A stretch of 64,000 bases of DNA, taken from positions 18,187-82,186 of IMG/VR virus record IMGVR_UViG_2508501001_000004; one strand, 5' to 3'. The position numbers and the translations under genes were made by a program. The notes beneath the pieces are model-generated. The model was not told the origin of the DNA. It saw only the letters and a list, made by a program, of their open reading frames with translations, and ran no database searches. Shown here piece after piece: positions 44,388 to 52,897 of this stretch. The DNA is from a virus. Its lineage: Duplodnaviria; Caudoviricetes. Numbering within the stretch: position 1 is the first letter of the stretch; every line of letters begins with the position of its first letter.

Positions 44388-44846
44388 CTATATCGCCTTC
44401 ACCGCATCCAACCCGAAATGTCTGACCGCGAACTTCTTGATTGCCTTGTCTTTGATGTAATACACATTCCGTCTTCCATAACCGATCTTAGGTCCAATCT
44501 CATCCTTGGGAGTACGCTCGATATACCACTCTCTCAGAACTTCCCCATACAACTCGCACCCCGACTCCTGGCTAATATCCTCCAGTATCCGGTCCACCTT
44601 ACTAAGCTCTGCCATCGTAGCATTCAGATTATCTGTCAACGTCTTCAGCCGGAACATGAGATTATACGTATTATCGTCAGCATCCCCACTGCCACGAACC
44701 CCTGTAGGCTCCAGGCTGATAGCATTAAGCTCGCTCGGACTCTGCCGGCTGACAATCTTAGCGATCTCACGGTTCATATTCTCTACACTGCGGTAGAGGT
44801 CATTGTAGTACCAAAGGATGTTTTCGGCCTCCTTGATGTAGTTCAC
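44388..44846 (-). CDS. Late transcriptional activator (ArpU/RinA-like)
   Basis: C-terminal HTH IGYGRRNVYYIKDKAIKKFA; last early gene. Confidence 0.75.
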   Translation of the reverse strand: MNYIKEAENILWYYNDLYRSVENMNREIAKIVSRQSPSELNAISLEPTGVRGSGDADDNTYNLMFRLKTLTDNLNATMAELSKVDRILEDISQESGCELYGEVLREWYIERTPKDEIGPKIGYGRRNVYYIKDKAIKKFAVRHFGLDAVKAI

Positions 44847-44848
44847 GA

Positions 44849-45022
44849 TTAAACAACTCCTTTCCTCCCTCGTATTAGCATCTCCCCCAGCGCACTCAAA
44901 ACCCTGGAATCCTTAACCACCTTACCTGTCCTGCACTTCCAGGCATCACAGGTATATTTTCCGTTGACTCTCCTCGGTGCACAGGCGTTATAGAGTTCGC
45001 CGTTAAATTTTAGCTGTTTCAT
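44849..45022 (-). CDS. Small hypothetical protein
   Basis: 57 aa, ATGA coupling. Confidence 0.5.
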   Translation of the reverse strand: MKQLKFNGELYNACAPRRVNGKYTCDAWKCRTGKVVKDSRVLSALGEMLIRGRKGVV

Positions 45023-45123
45023 CCGCATTGACTCCGAACACAGGCCGGGTCCGGGCATTGTACGCATCCCCCGGTATGGATGACCGTTGCCCCGCACCAG
45101 GGGCAGGCGTTTGGATCGATCAT
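45019..45123 (-). CDS. 34-aa zinc-ribbon protein
   Basis: CPWCG..GGCVQC..AC..SQCG. Confidence 0.55.
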   Translation of the reverse strand: MIDPNACPWCGATVIHTGGCVQCPDPACVRSQCG

Positions 45124-45539
45124 GATTGTATCGCCTCCCCGCCAGACATCTTCCTCCCACAGCTCGGACAATACGGGAATGCTGCTTGTCCAAAATAGCC
45201 GCACTCACAACTAAACCCCTCTAACTCTTCCCAGGCGTTCTCCATGCGCTCCCACGTACCAGATTTTTCGTTGATCACCTCGTCATATTCCATTGCGTTT
45301 TTGAGGGCAAGTTTTTCGTATTTATGGTGCAGTGCCTTTTCGCTTTCAAGCTCGGCTTTGAGTTTCGCGAACTCTGCAGGTCCCCCGATATCCTCATACT
45401 GGGCAAGGCGATTGAGTGCATTCGTCACCTTGTTAAACTCGTCGTACTCAAGATTAAGCTGCAAATCTTCACTGTCCACGCCAATTATATCCGCATTGCC
45501 AAATTCATCACGATCCGTTAACCGTTTGTACTCGCTCAT
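45120..45539 (-). CDS. Hypothetical phage protein with C-terminal zinc ribbon
   Basis: NRLAQYED; CECG...YCPSCGRKM. Confidence 0.7.
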   Translation of the reverse strand: MSEYKRLTDRDEFGNADIIGVDSEDLQLNLEYDEFNKVTNALNRLAQYEDIGGPAEFAKLKAELESEKALHHKYEKLALKNAMEYDEVINEKSGTWERMENAWEELEGFSCECGYFGQAAFPYCPSCGRKMSGGEAIQS

Positions 45540-45748
45540 GACTCACTCTCCTGTGCCTTTAATATCTCAAGTCTTTGCAGGGCAATATCTCGATCCATAA
45601 ACCACCTGAGGATACTTTGGACGATAAACCTTAGTCTTCGCTCATCAACGACCACTGCCTCCGAGCGATTCGGCCTGAAAATGAGCTTGTTTTCCTGAGT
45701 ATTCTCGCCCGCATAATACAGTCCATTAAGTACCACTAGTGCTTTCAT
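45536..45748 (-). CDS. Small hypothetical protein
   Basis: 70 aa from ATG 45748. Confidence 0.55.
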   Translation of the reverse strand: MKALVVLNGLYYAGENTQENKLIFRPNRSEAVVVDERRLRFIVQSILRWFMDRDIALQRLEILKAQESES

Positions 45749-46112
45749 CGGTTTTCCTCCTTGCCAGATACTTCTGGATAACCTCACTTGCCTCGATCCA
45801 TCCAAAACAAACGGTCGAATAGTACCCCTGTTTAGTCGTTTCCTCTAACCACCATGTTTGATTGTCCGATAGCTTACCGCCTTTTACTTTGAACTCAATG
45901 TAAAGGCCGTGGAAACCGCCCCGGGCAACCGGCAGGAATATATCACTAACTCCTGCCTTTGCCCCCTCTTTTTTTAACCGCGCTGCTTCCCTGGCGTTTC
46001 GCTTACCGCCGTTAGGGATTGAATGGAGAAGAGAAAGTTCAGGATATTGCACTTCCATCAGTTTTGCCCATTGGAATAAGGCTTGCTGTTCGTCACTTTC
46101 CCTATGGTTCAC
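45726..46112 (-). CDS. VRR-NUC nuclease (Holliday junction resolvase-like)
   Basis: HSIPNGGKR, GVSDIFL, LYIEFK..GGKLSDNQ. Confidence 0.88.
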   Translation of the reverse strand: MNHRESDEQQALFQWAKLMEVQYPELSLLHSIPNGGKRNAREAARLKKEGAKAGVSDIFLPVARGGFHGLYIEFKVKGGKLSDNQTWWLEETTKQGYYSTVCFGWIEASEVIQKYLARRKTDESTSGT

Positions 46113-46660
46113 TGTGCTTTCCTCATTTCGCCTTCGCGTTCGGCATCATAAATCGTCATTTGATAATCCGCATCCCTGACGGCCTCAGCAAACTTCTCGA
46201 TACCAAGATCCCAAAGTCCATGGCGATGGATAATGTCCGAAAACTCTTCTACGTCATGCTCTCGGATGTGCCAGTTATCAGGATCGTCTTTATTAGCCCA
46301 TTCTTTTCTGACGATTTTACCAGTTGCCGGTTCAATGACTTCCATGCCGGTATCACGCTGGATGTGACAAAGTTCATGATCGACAAGGGCTCTAAGCTTC
46401 TCCATCGGTCATCTCTCAAACGTAGGCTTTACAATAAAAATGTGAAACATCTTGCCGGTCAAAAATCGCTCAAAACTTGAGCACTTCTTGCATTTACCTG
46501 TCCAATCTATTCCGCTATTATCCCTGACGTAATACTCTATAAGCTCTTTGGCGTCTTTAAGGTGCGGGTGATGATCGTCAATGAGTGATTCGGCTATATC
46601 TCTAATCCGTGGCGATTTTTCGTAACCCATCATAGTCCCCTCCAATGCTTTTATTGTCAA
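46109..46660 (-). pseudogene. Putative phage metallopeptidase interrupted by in-frame TGA
   Basis: Two track ORFs in the same frame: ...TFER*PMEKLRALVDHELCH...EHDVEEF; TGA at 46409-46411. Confidence 0.7.
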
Positions 46661-47067
46661 AATGGAATATCATCATCTAAATTCACTTCATGCCCAAACG
46701 AGCTTGTCTTGTCCAGAGACCTTGAATCCGTACTCCCGCCCTCACTGCCTTTTGGACTCAGGAACCTCACGTTTTCGGCAATTACTTCAGTGACCCAGCG
46801 TTTCTGATCGTCGTTGCCCGTATAGGAGCGAACTTGTATCCTTCCGTCTACTGCTGCCATTTTACCTTTAGCTAAATATTCGGCAGATAATTCAGCAAGT
46901 TTGCGATAAACTACGCAATTAATAAAATCGGTTTCCCTCTCACCCTGAGCGTTTTTATAATTGCGGTCCACCGCTAATGTGAAGTTAGCGACCGCCACAC
47001 CTGTGGGTGTATAACGCAATTCGGGGTCTTTCGTAAGTCTGCCGATTAATACAACTCTGTTTAGCAT
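46657..47067 (-). CDS. ssb: Single-stranded DNA-binding protein
   Basis: [20 protein letters not shown]...DDDIPF. Confidence 0.95.
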   Translation of the reverse strand: MLNRVVLIGRLTKDPELRYTPTGVAVANFTLAVDRNYKNAQGERETDFINCVVYRKLAELSAEYLAKGKMAAVDGRIQVRSYTGNDDQKRWVTEVIAENVRFLSPKGSEGGSTDSRSLDKTSSFGHEVNLDDDIPF

Positions 47068-47078
47068 GTCGTATCACC

Positions 47079-47897
47079 TCACAAATAAAAGTTATCGTAC
47101 TTCCCCGGCTTTGGCGGCTCCGGAGGCTTGTCCCCCGGGTCTTTAGGCTGCTCGTCCTCCCATCCTTTGGCATTTAACCAGGTGGATGGATAAGGAATAA
47201 ACCGACCGTTCTCCTTTTGCCAATCAGCTGATTTCTTGGCCCGTTTTATGGCTGCCAAGATAACACCCATGAACTGCTCGTCAACCTTAAGTTTGGTAAA
47301 GGCCTTTTCGGCTTGACCTTTAGATTTTTTCTTAGGGTAAGCATCCCAGAAACGCGCAAAGGAGTTGTTTGCTTTATTTTCCTTTACTTTACTTTCCTTT
47401 ACTTTAGGGATTTCTGTATCCTTTATCTCACTGTCAGCGGGATTAATGTCAGCATTTAATGGGTTTTTGTTTACATTAATTAAATGAATCTTGAAATCAT
47501 CCTTATCTAATGGTGGATCGATGACCAAATATTCACGAATAAGGGTTACTTCCTTGCGCCTTTTTACGGCTTCAATATATCTCCTCTGGATTCCACCACT
47601 GGTAAGTATCTGGTATTTTTCATATAGCAAAGAGTTAAACAAATCCCACTTAAGGCAGTCATTTACTACATCGGTGACAATATCAATGTCCACATTGACT
47701 CTGCTAGAAAAAAGTAATTGTTCGCGTTCAGACCATTTATAGAAATATCCTTCCTTGTAAACTTTCATGAGTAGCTTAAGTAATATGGCAAAGCCAGTGA
47801 TTTTGTGCTTCGCTTCAATAAGGAGAACCTTGTCGTCCTGGTCCATATCTACATCAAGAGAAAAGTAGTCTAATCCTTCCTTTTGTGGCCTTGCCAT
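47079..47897 (-). CDS. Phage replication initiator (DUF4373/Lin1244-like N-terminus)
   Basis: MARPQKEGLDYFSLDV; FARFWDAYPKKKSK; FIPYPSTWLN. Confidence 0.85.
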   Translation of the reverse strand: MARPQKEGLDYFSLDVDMDQDDKVLLIEAKHKITGFAILLKLLMKVYKEGYFYKWSEREQLLFSSRVNVDIDIVTDVVNDCLKWDLFNSLLYEKYQILTSGGIQRRYIEAVKRRKEVTLIREYLVIDPPLDKDDFKIHLINVNKNPLNADINPADSEIKDTEIPKVKESKVKENKANNSFARFWDAYPKKKSKGQAEKAFTKLKVDEQFMGVILAAIKRAKKSADWQKENGRFIPYPSTWLNAKGWEDEQPKDPGDKPPEPPKPGKYDNFYL

Positions 47898-48055
47898 CTA
47901 CTCACCCTCTCTGGTATTGATAATCTTCCGGATAATTCTGACCTCGTTTAAAACCTTTGTTCCAAACTTCATCATGTTGTCCGCCTCAAGGAATACCCTT
48001 AAGTTTTTGGGGGAAAATTAACATATTCGTTCATCATCGCAAAGGGGTTGTTTAT

Positions 48056-48244
48056 GTGTCCGGTAAGCTTAAAATAGAAATCATTGATGATGTAAATGTG
48101 CTCGAAATCTTTGAACCAGAGCCCGGCAAACTAGCCTTTGTGATGTATCCCGTTGACCCCAAGGACGAAACAATTCTTGAGGTCAACGTCGATACCGCTG
48201 AGTTTTCGTCGCTGCTTAAACGGCTTCTTGATATTACCGTGTGA
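48056..48244 (+). CDS. Inverted small moron, 62 aa
   Basis: GTG 48056 with RBS AAAGGGG; sigmaF-like GAATA-N15-GGGAAAATTA at 47991-48020. Confidence 0.5.
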   Translation: MSGKLKIEIIDDVNVLEIFEPEPGKLAFVMYPVDPKDETILEVNVDTAEFSSLLKRLLDITV

Positions 48245-48249
48245 GCAGC

Positions 48250-49056
48250 TTAAAACAATGACGCTCTGTCCGAATTGTAGTTCATCCAAATGACCTCTTC
48301 CCGCTTCTGCCCAGCTTCGCAGCGGGCAATCCGTTTCTCTGTTCTCCATCCGCGCAACATCCTCAGGTAAAGCTCATTTTCATATCCCGAGATTATTACT
48401 GGCCCCGGGTGCAGCATGAGTGTTTCGAGAAGTTCCACGTGATCGGCGTCACTCATCTCATGCTTATAAATCCGGCCATGGCGAGTGCTTAGGACATAGG
48501 GTGGGTCGGCATAAATCAGCACATTTTCTTTTCTGTGGCGCTCAATCAGCCTTATCGCTGGCTGATTCTCAATCTGAACCAGGCATCCACTGGTATGCTT
48601 CAGCCTCTCTGCCGCTGCAGTTATATATTTGGGTAATCTCAGACTAAACTGAGTAAGGTTCCCGTTGTTGGCTTGAATATTATTCCGCCATCCCGTGCTA
48701 TCCGACGACTTCGCACCGATAGCCTGCCACATTCTAACCAAGAAACGTCTGGCATCCTCGATGGAATTACCGGTCATTTCATAGCTCAGACGGTATTCCT
48801 GACGACTCCATGGAGTAAACTCGATTAATCGGGCCAGTTCCTCAGGATGTTCTCGAATCACTCGGAAAAGGTTCACAACATTTCCGTCCAAATCATTAAT
48901 GGTCTCAATAACTGATCTTTCCTTCTGGAAAAATACCCCCCCTGATCCGAAATGTGACTCAAGGTAGGTCATTTTTTTGTAATTCCGAGGAAAATTGGAG
49001 ATGATCCATTCCGCAGTGGACCATTTACTACCTGGGTATTTTAGAACTGTTTTCAT
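48250..49056 (-). CDS. DNA adenine methyltransferase (Dam/D12 class)
   Basis: LKYPGSK, ETINDLDG, IYADPPY; start 49056. Confidence 0.9.
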   Translation of the reverse strand: MKTVLKYPGSKWSTAEWIISNFPRNYKKMTYLESHFGSGGVFFQKERSVIETINDLDGNVVNLFRVIREHPEELARLIEFTPWSRQEYRLSYEMTGNSIEDARRFLVRMWQAIGAKSSDSTGWRNNIQANNGNLTQFSLRLPKYITAAAERLKHTSGCLVQIENQPAIRLIERHRKENVLIYADPPYVLSTRHGRIYKHEMSDADHVELLETLMLHPGPVIISGYENELYLRMLRGWRTEKRIARCEAGQKREEVIWMNYNSDRASLF

Positions 49057-50794
49057 ATTCAAGCTCCCTCTCACCGTCTCTTTCCTCAACCGGCGTAACC
49101 CAAATGGTTTCATTCGTGAGTTCAAATTCGATTTTGGCATCAGCTTTGGCAAGCGCTAAAAGAGTTACTTCACAAATTGCTTCTGCCGAGTCTGACGGAT
49201 AGGCATTCCCGATATATTCCCGGGCTTTCGCATCGCTGCATCCTTCGAGTTGGAACGGCCTTCCGTCCGGTAGGTACCGGGAGAAGGATTGAAGCATCGC
49301 CAGTTCAAAGGTTGTTAAGGGTCTATGCCAAGTACCGTCCACGGCAATAATCATCCATACTCCACTTTCGGTCTCTTCCGGGATTCGAGGATCAGCGACA
49401 GCCGCACTCCCGGAATGGACGTCGGCGCTGGTGATGGTACTTGCTGTTTTTTCCCACTTTTGGACCTTATATGATCCGCTTCGCGGTGAGCAATTAAGGC
49501 GAGGATCGGCAATACTTTGAGCCCCTGATTGTATATCTGCTATCCCTGTAACAGTTGTCCCTGGTTTATCCCATTCAAGAACTTTTCGCTTATTCGAATA
49601 TCCGCTGCCCACTCTCGGATCAGAAATAAGGACTGCTCCGCTTCCTATTCTGCCGCCGGTGACTGTTGGAGCAGGCTCCTCATACCTGGTTATCCGATAC
49701 TTATTACCATATCCCTGAACGTTCTCGATTCTTGGATCTGCTACGCCGGATATACCATTACTGCCGCCGGTTCTAGTGCTCCCTGTTATCGTTGGTCCTG
49801 GTTTGTCCCAATTCTGAACTCTAAAAGCTCCTGATCTTGGATTGTAATTAACCCTCGGGTCAGCCACGGAAATTGCTCCATTATTAGGTCTGTGGGAGCC
49901 GGTAACGGTTGGTGCAGGATAATCAAAAGGTACCACCTGATAAATATTTGCATAACAATCTCTTTGAAGATCCCGCCAGTCACCCCCTGCCGGTATAAGG
50001 GCCAGTCTTATCCAGGTCTTCCATTGCAGTCTTGGTACTCTGTGCATCCATCCGCACGACTCTGTATCTCCTGGCAGCGGTAACGGTCCGATGACATCAC
50101 CAATCGACTTAAGACTTTTCTTTTGCGGCAAGTAAATAAGGTTCGGTATTTTACCTTGCTGCCTGGCCATGATGAGAAATCTCACCCGGTTTTGCCCCAG
50201 GCCTCCGATTTTACCAAGGCTATGCTTAGGATTCATATTTACTGCATAACAATATTTTTTAAGTAAATCACCAATTTGTCTCAGAAGATGTTTTCCCCGA
50301 CTCGTTATCCGAGGCACATTCTCAAAATGGATAATATCTGGTACCTCTCCATCGCCGTACAAATAGCAGGCCATTAAGACTAATTCCATTCCTCGGACTG
50401 TCAACTCATTCAAAGCTTGATATTTCTCAGATTGTGCCGACTCTTCCGGAAGGAGGCCAGACAGGCCTTTGCAAGGCGGACTTAAAAATACGACATTTGG
50501 CACTTGATATCCAAAGGCTACCCAGATATCCCAAGGGGTTACTTCCCGCCATTCTGCCGGTGGCTCCTTACCGTGAAAAGCTATATACTGTTCCCGGCTA
50601 AATAGGTCCATAACCATGGCTGTATTATCGCCGGTAATTATGTCGTGGTTTAGGCAAGCGACCGGATCACAGTCGATGGCTACCAGCAATCTGTATTTAT
50701 AAACTTGGCCGCCATATTCAACTTTGGCCTTTTTCGCTCCGTGAGAGAATCCGCCGACACCACTAAATAGAACTGCCAATGTTTTTTCGATCAT
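49028..50794 (-). CDS. DNA cytosine-5 methyltransferase with five tandem TRD-like repeats
   Basis: LFSGVGG, SPPCKG, FENV, QNRVR, YIGNA; repeats of W/Y-x-x-P-x-P-T-I/V-T...ADPR. Confidence 0.88.
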   Translation of the reverse strand: MIEKTLAVLFSGVGGFSHGAKKAKVEYGGQVYKYRLLVAIDCDPVACLNHDIITGDNTAMVMDLFSREQYIAFHGKEPPAEWREVTPWDIWVAFGYQVPNVVFLSPPCKGLSGLLPEESAQSEKYQALNELTVRGMELVLMACYLYGDGEVPDIIHFENVPRITSRGKHLLRQIGDLLKKYCYAVNMNPKHSLGKIGGLGQNRVRFLIMARQQGKIPNLIYLPQKKSLKSIGDVIGPLPLPGDTESCGWMHRVPRLQWKTWIRLALIPAGGDWRDLQRDCYANIYQVVPFDYPAPTVTGSHRPNNGAISVADPRVNYNPRSGAFRVQNWDKPGPTITGSTRTGGSNGISGVADPRIENVQGYGNKYRITRYEEPAPTVTGGRIGSGAVLISDPRVGSGYSNKRKVLEWDKPGTTVTGIADIQSGAQSIADPRLNCSPRSGSYKVQKWEKTASTITSADVHSGSAAVADPRIPEETESGVWMIIAVDGTWHRPLTTFELAMLQSFSRYLPDGRPFQLEGCSDAKAREYIGNAYPSDSAEAICEVTLLALAKADAKIEFELTNETIWVTPVEERDGERELEYENSSKIPR

Positions 50795-50825
50795 TTATGA
50801 TCTCCTCTCAAAATGGCGAGTGATT

Positions 50826-52703
50826 CTACTCCATCCATCCGAAGCCCACCGTCCTTCCTTGAGACTGACCGATACATTCCGCTTGCTCCAATTCAATTTC
50901 TTGAATAAATTGACTCTCCACCTGTAAGGCCATGGGACCGCCGGGATAGGCCTCTCTTTGTTCCGGCCGAGTAAGATACAGTCGATCCTTCGCCCTGGTG
51001 ATCGCAACGTAGAATAGCCGGCGTTCTTCTTCTATATCTTCAGCTCGCTTACTGGGGAAAACGTTTTGATTCATCCCGATGACGAAAACCACCGGGAACT
51101 CTAATCCTTTTGATGCGTGAACTGTCATTAACTTGACCGAATCCACTTTTTCTTGAACGAGCTTTTCTTGGATGTCTTTCGTCCGGAGCCATTTTAAGAA
51201 GGAGTAAATACCATTAGGCTCCCCAAGGGACTCCTGAACGTTTTGCCATCGTTCAACCTCGAGTAACATAGCCGAGACATCTTCTTGACGATTTTTTAAA
51301 CCCTCATTGTCATAATAAATTCGAAGGCTCAGCTGATGAATCGCTTCTTCAATTACATCACGAGCTGTCTCAATGTTCTCAACACGATCCTTGATGGATT
51401 CCAGTAAGGCATAAAATGCCTTTTCCTTTTCTGTGCCTATTTTCATAATGTCAGAAAGGCTCCAACCTTGGTCGAGTGCCTTGAATTCTAAGTTATTTAT
51501 GTCTAAGTCTGTAAACCTCATATTTGGAAAGTTGATCACCTTATGAATATTGGCATCATCCTGTGGGTTGATAGCCACCTCAATGAAGGCGATAATCTTA
51601 CGGATATCCTGCTTCTTAAAGACATCATTCTGACTAGAGACAATCAACGATGGGATATTCCGCCGATCAAGAACATCTTTGATCGTTTGCAATTGTCGAT
51701 TCGTTCTCGCCAAAACTGCGACATTAGACCACGCTTCTGACTTCGACTCAGAAGCTATCAAGTCAGCAACCTTTCTGGATTCAGCATCTTCATCAGGCAT
51801 TATCAGGTACCTAATATCCAAACCTTCGCGGTCGGCAATCAGTGCCTTTTCTGTTTGGCTAAGATTGTGCTTAATAAGTGAATTAGCTGCAGAGACTATC
51901 TGCTTGGTTGACCGATAATTACGCTCGAGCTTGATTACTTCACATTTCTGGTATTTATCAGGAAACTCAATGATATTCCGGACGTTTGCCCCTCGAAACT
52001 GATAGATTGACTGAAAGTCATCTCCGACAACGAACAGATTTTCTGGGTTAAGTAGATGAATAATCTCAAACTGAATATCATTCGTGTCCTGAAACTCATC
52101 GACGAAAATATAACGGTACCGGTTCTGCAGCTCACGCTGCGCCTGGCTAGATTCTAAAACGTTACGTGTTGAAACCAGTAAGCCATCTAAATCCATGGCG
52201 TTATTCCTCTTCAACCGGTATCCATACTCTTCAATGACTCTCGCTAAGGATTGATCCAAACCCGATAGATCCTTATAGAGATTGTCAATTACATCCCGAA
52301 CTTTGATTTTTTTGTATCCAAGTTCATCAACACAGGAGTGGATAATGTCGGTTCGATCTTCTTCGTCGTAAATAGTAAAGTTAGGTTCCAGGTCAACCAA
52401 ATAACCAAACTCTCGGAGCACCTGGACGCAGAAACTGTGAAAAGTACCAACGGTCAGCTTATAACCCTCTGCCGTTCCAATTAGAGCCATAACCCGTTCT
52501 TTCATTTCTTTAGCGGCGAGCCTCGTAAAAGTTAGCGCCAACATATTGCTGGTACCCACTCGTTTCTCTTGGTGGAGATATGCCATCCTGTGGGTGAGAA
52601 CCCGTGTTTTCCCGGATCCTGCTCCAGCCAAGTTAAGGATGATTGGGCTGTCGGACGTAACAGCCTGAAGTTGTTGGTCATTGAGTCCGTATAGGAGGTT
52701 CAT
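50826..52703 (-). CDS. UvrD/PcrA-family helicase
   Basis: AGAGSGKT, VDEFQDTN, VGDDFQSIYQFRGA, NYRST, TVHASKGLEF, EERRLFYVAITRAK. Confidence 0.93.
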   Translation of the reverse strand: MNLLYGLNDQQLQAVTSDSPIILNLAGAGSGKTRVLTHRMAYLHQEKRVGTSNMLALTFTRLAAKEMKERVMALIGTAEGYKLTVGTFHSFCVQVLREFGYLVDLEPNFTIYDEEDRTDIIHSCVDELGYKKIKVRDVIDNLYKDLSGLDQSLARVIEEYGYRLKRNNAMDLDGLLVSTRNVLESSQAQRELQNRYRYIFVDEFQDTNDIQFEIIHLLNPENLFVVGDDFQSIYQFRGANVRNIIEFPDKYQKCEVIKLERNYRSTKQIVSAANSLIKHNLSQTEKALIADREGLDIRYLIMPDEDAESRKVADLIASESKSEAWSNVAVLARTNRQLQTIKDVLDRRNIPSLIVSSQNDVFKKQDIRKIIAFIEVAINPQDDANIHKVINFPNMRFTDLDINNLEFKALDQGWSLSDIMKIGTEKEKAFYALLESIKDRVENIETARDVIEEAIHQLSLRIYYDNEGLKNRQEDVSAMLLEVERWQNVQESLGEPNGIYSFLKWLRTKDIQEKLVQEKVDSVKLMTVHASKGLEFPVVFVIGMNQNVFPSKRAEDIEEERRLFYVAITRAKDRLYLTRPEQREAYPGGPMALQVESQFIQEIELEQAECIGQSQGRTVGFGWME

Positions 52704-52897
52704 TATCGTTCAACCTCCTTGGGCGGCGTTACTTGTACTACTATGGACACTGATGATCCTAATGGCATTGAGGTGATAGTTGTTTGCATGATATTTAAAA
52801 TCTTCGCAATTTTTAATTCTCCTACCGCAATGTCTTCGGCACTTAAGCATGGTCGGCGTGATAAAGTGGTTCGACCCTCAAATAACAACTCAGGCAC
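52703..52897 (-). CDS. Small hypothetical protein
   Basis: GTG 52897, RBS AAGGAGG; coupled between ATPase and helicase. Confidence 0.55.
   Translation of the reverse strand: MPELLFEGRTTLSRRPCLSAEDIAVGELKIAKILNIMQTTITSMPLGSSVSIVVQVTPPKEVER

Noticed and set aside
46409-46411. Selenocysteine codon
   Set aside because: No convincing SECIS hairpin follows; the position is not a catalytic Cys site; a Trp nonsense change is simpler
48250-50794. Restriction-modification system
   Set aside because: No cognate restriction endonuclease adjacent; orphan phage methylases
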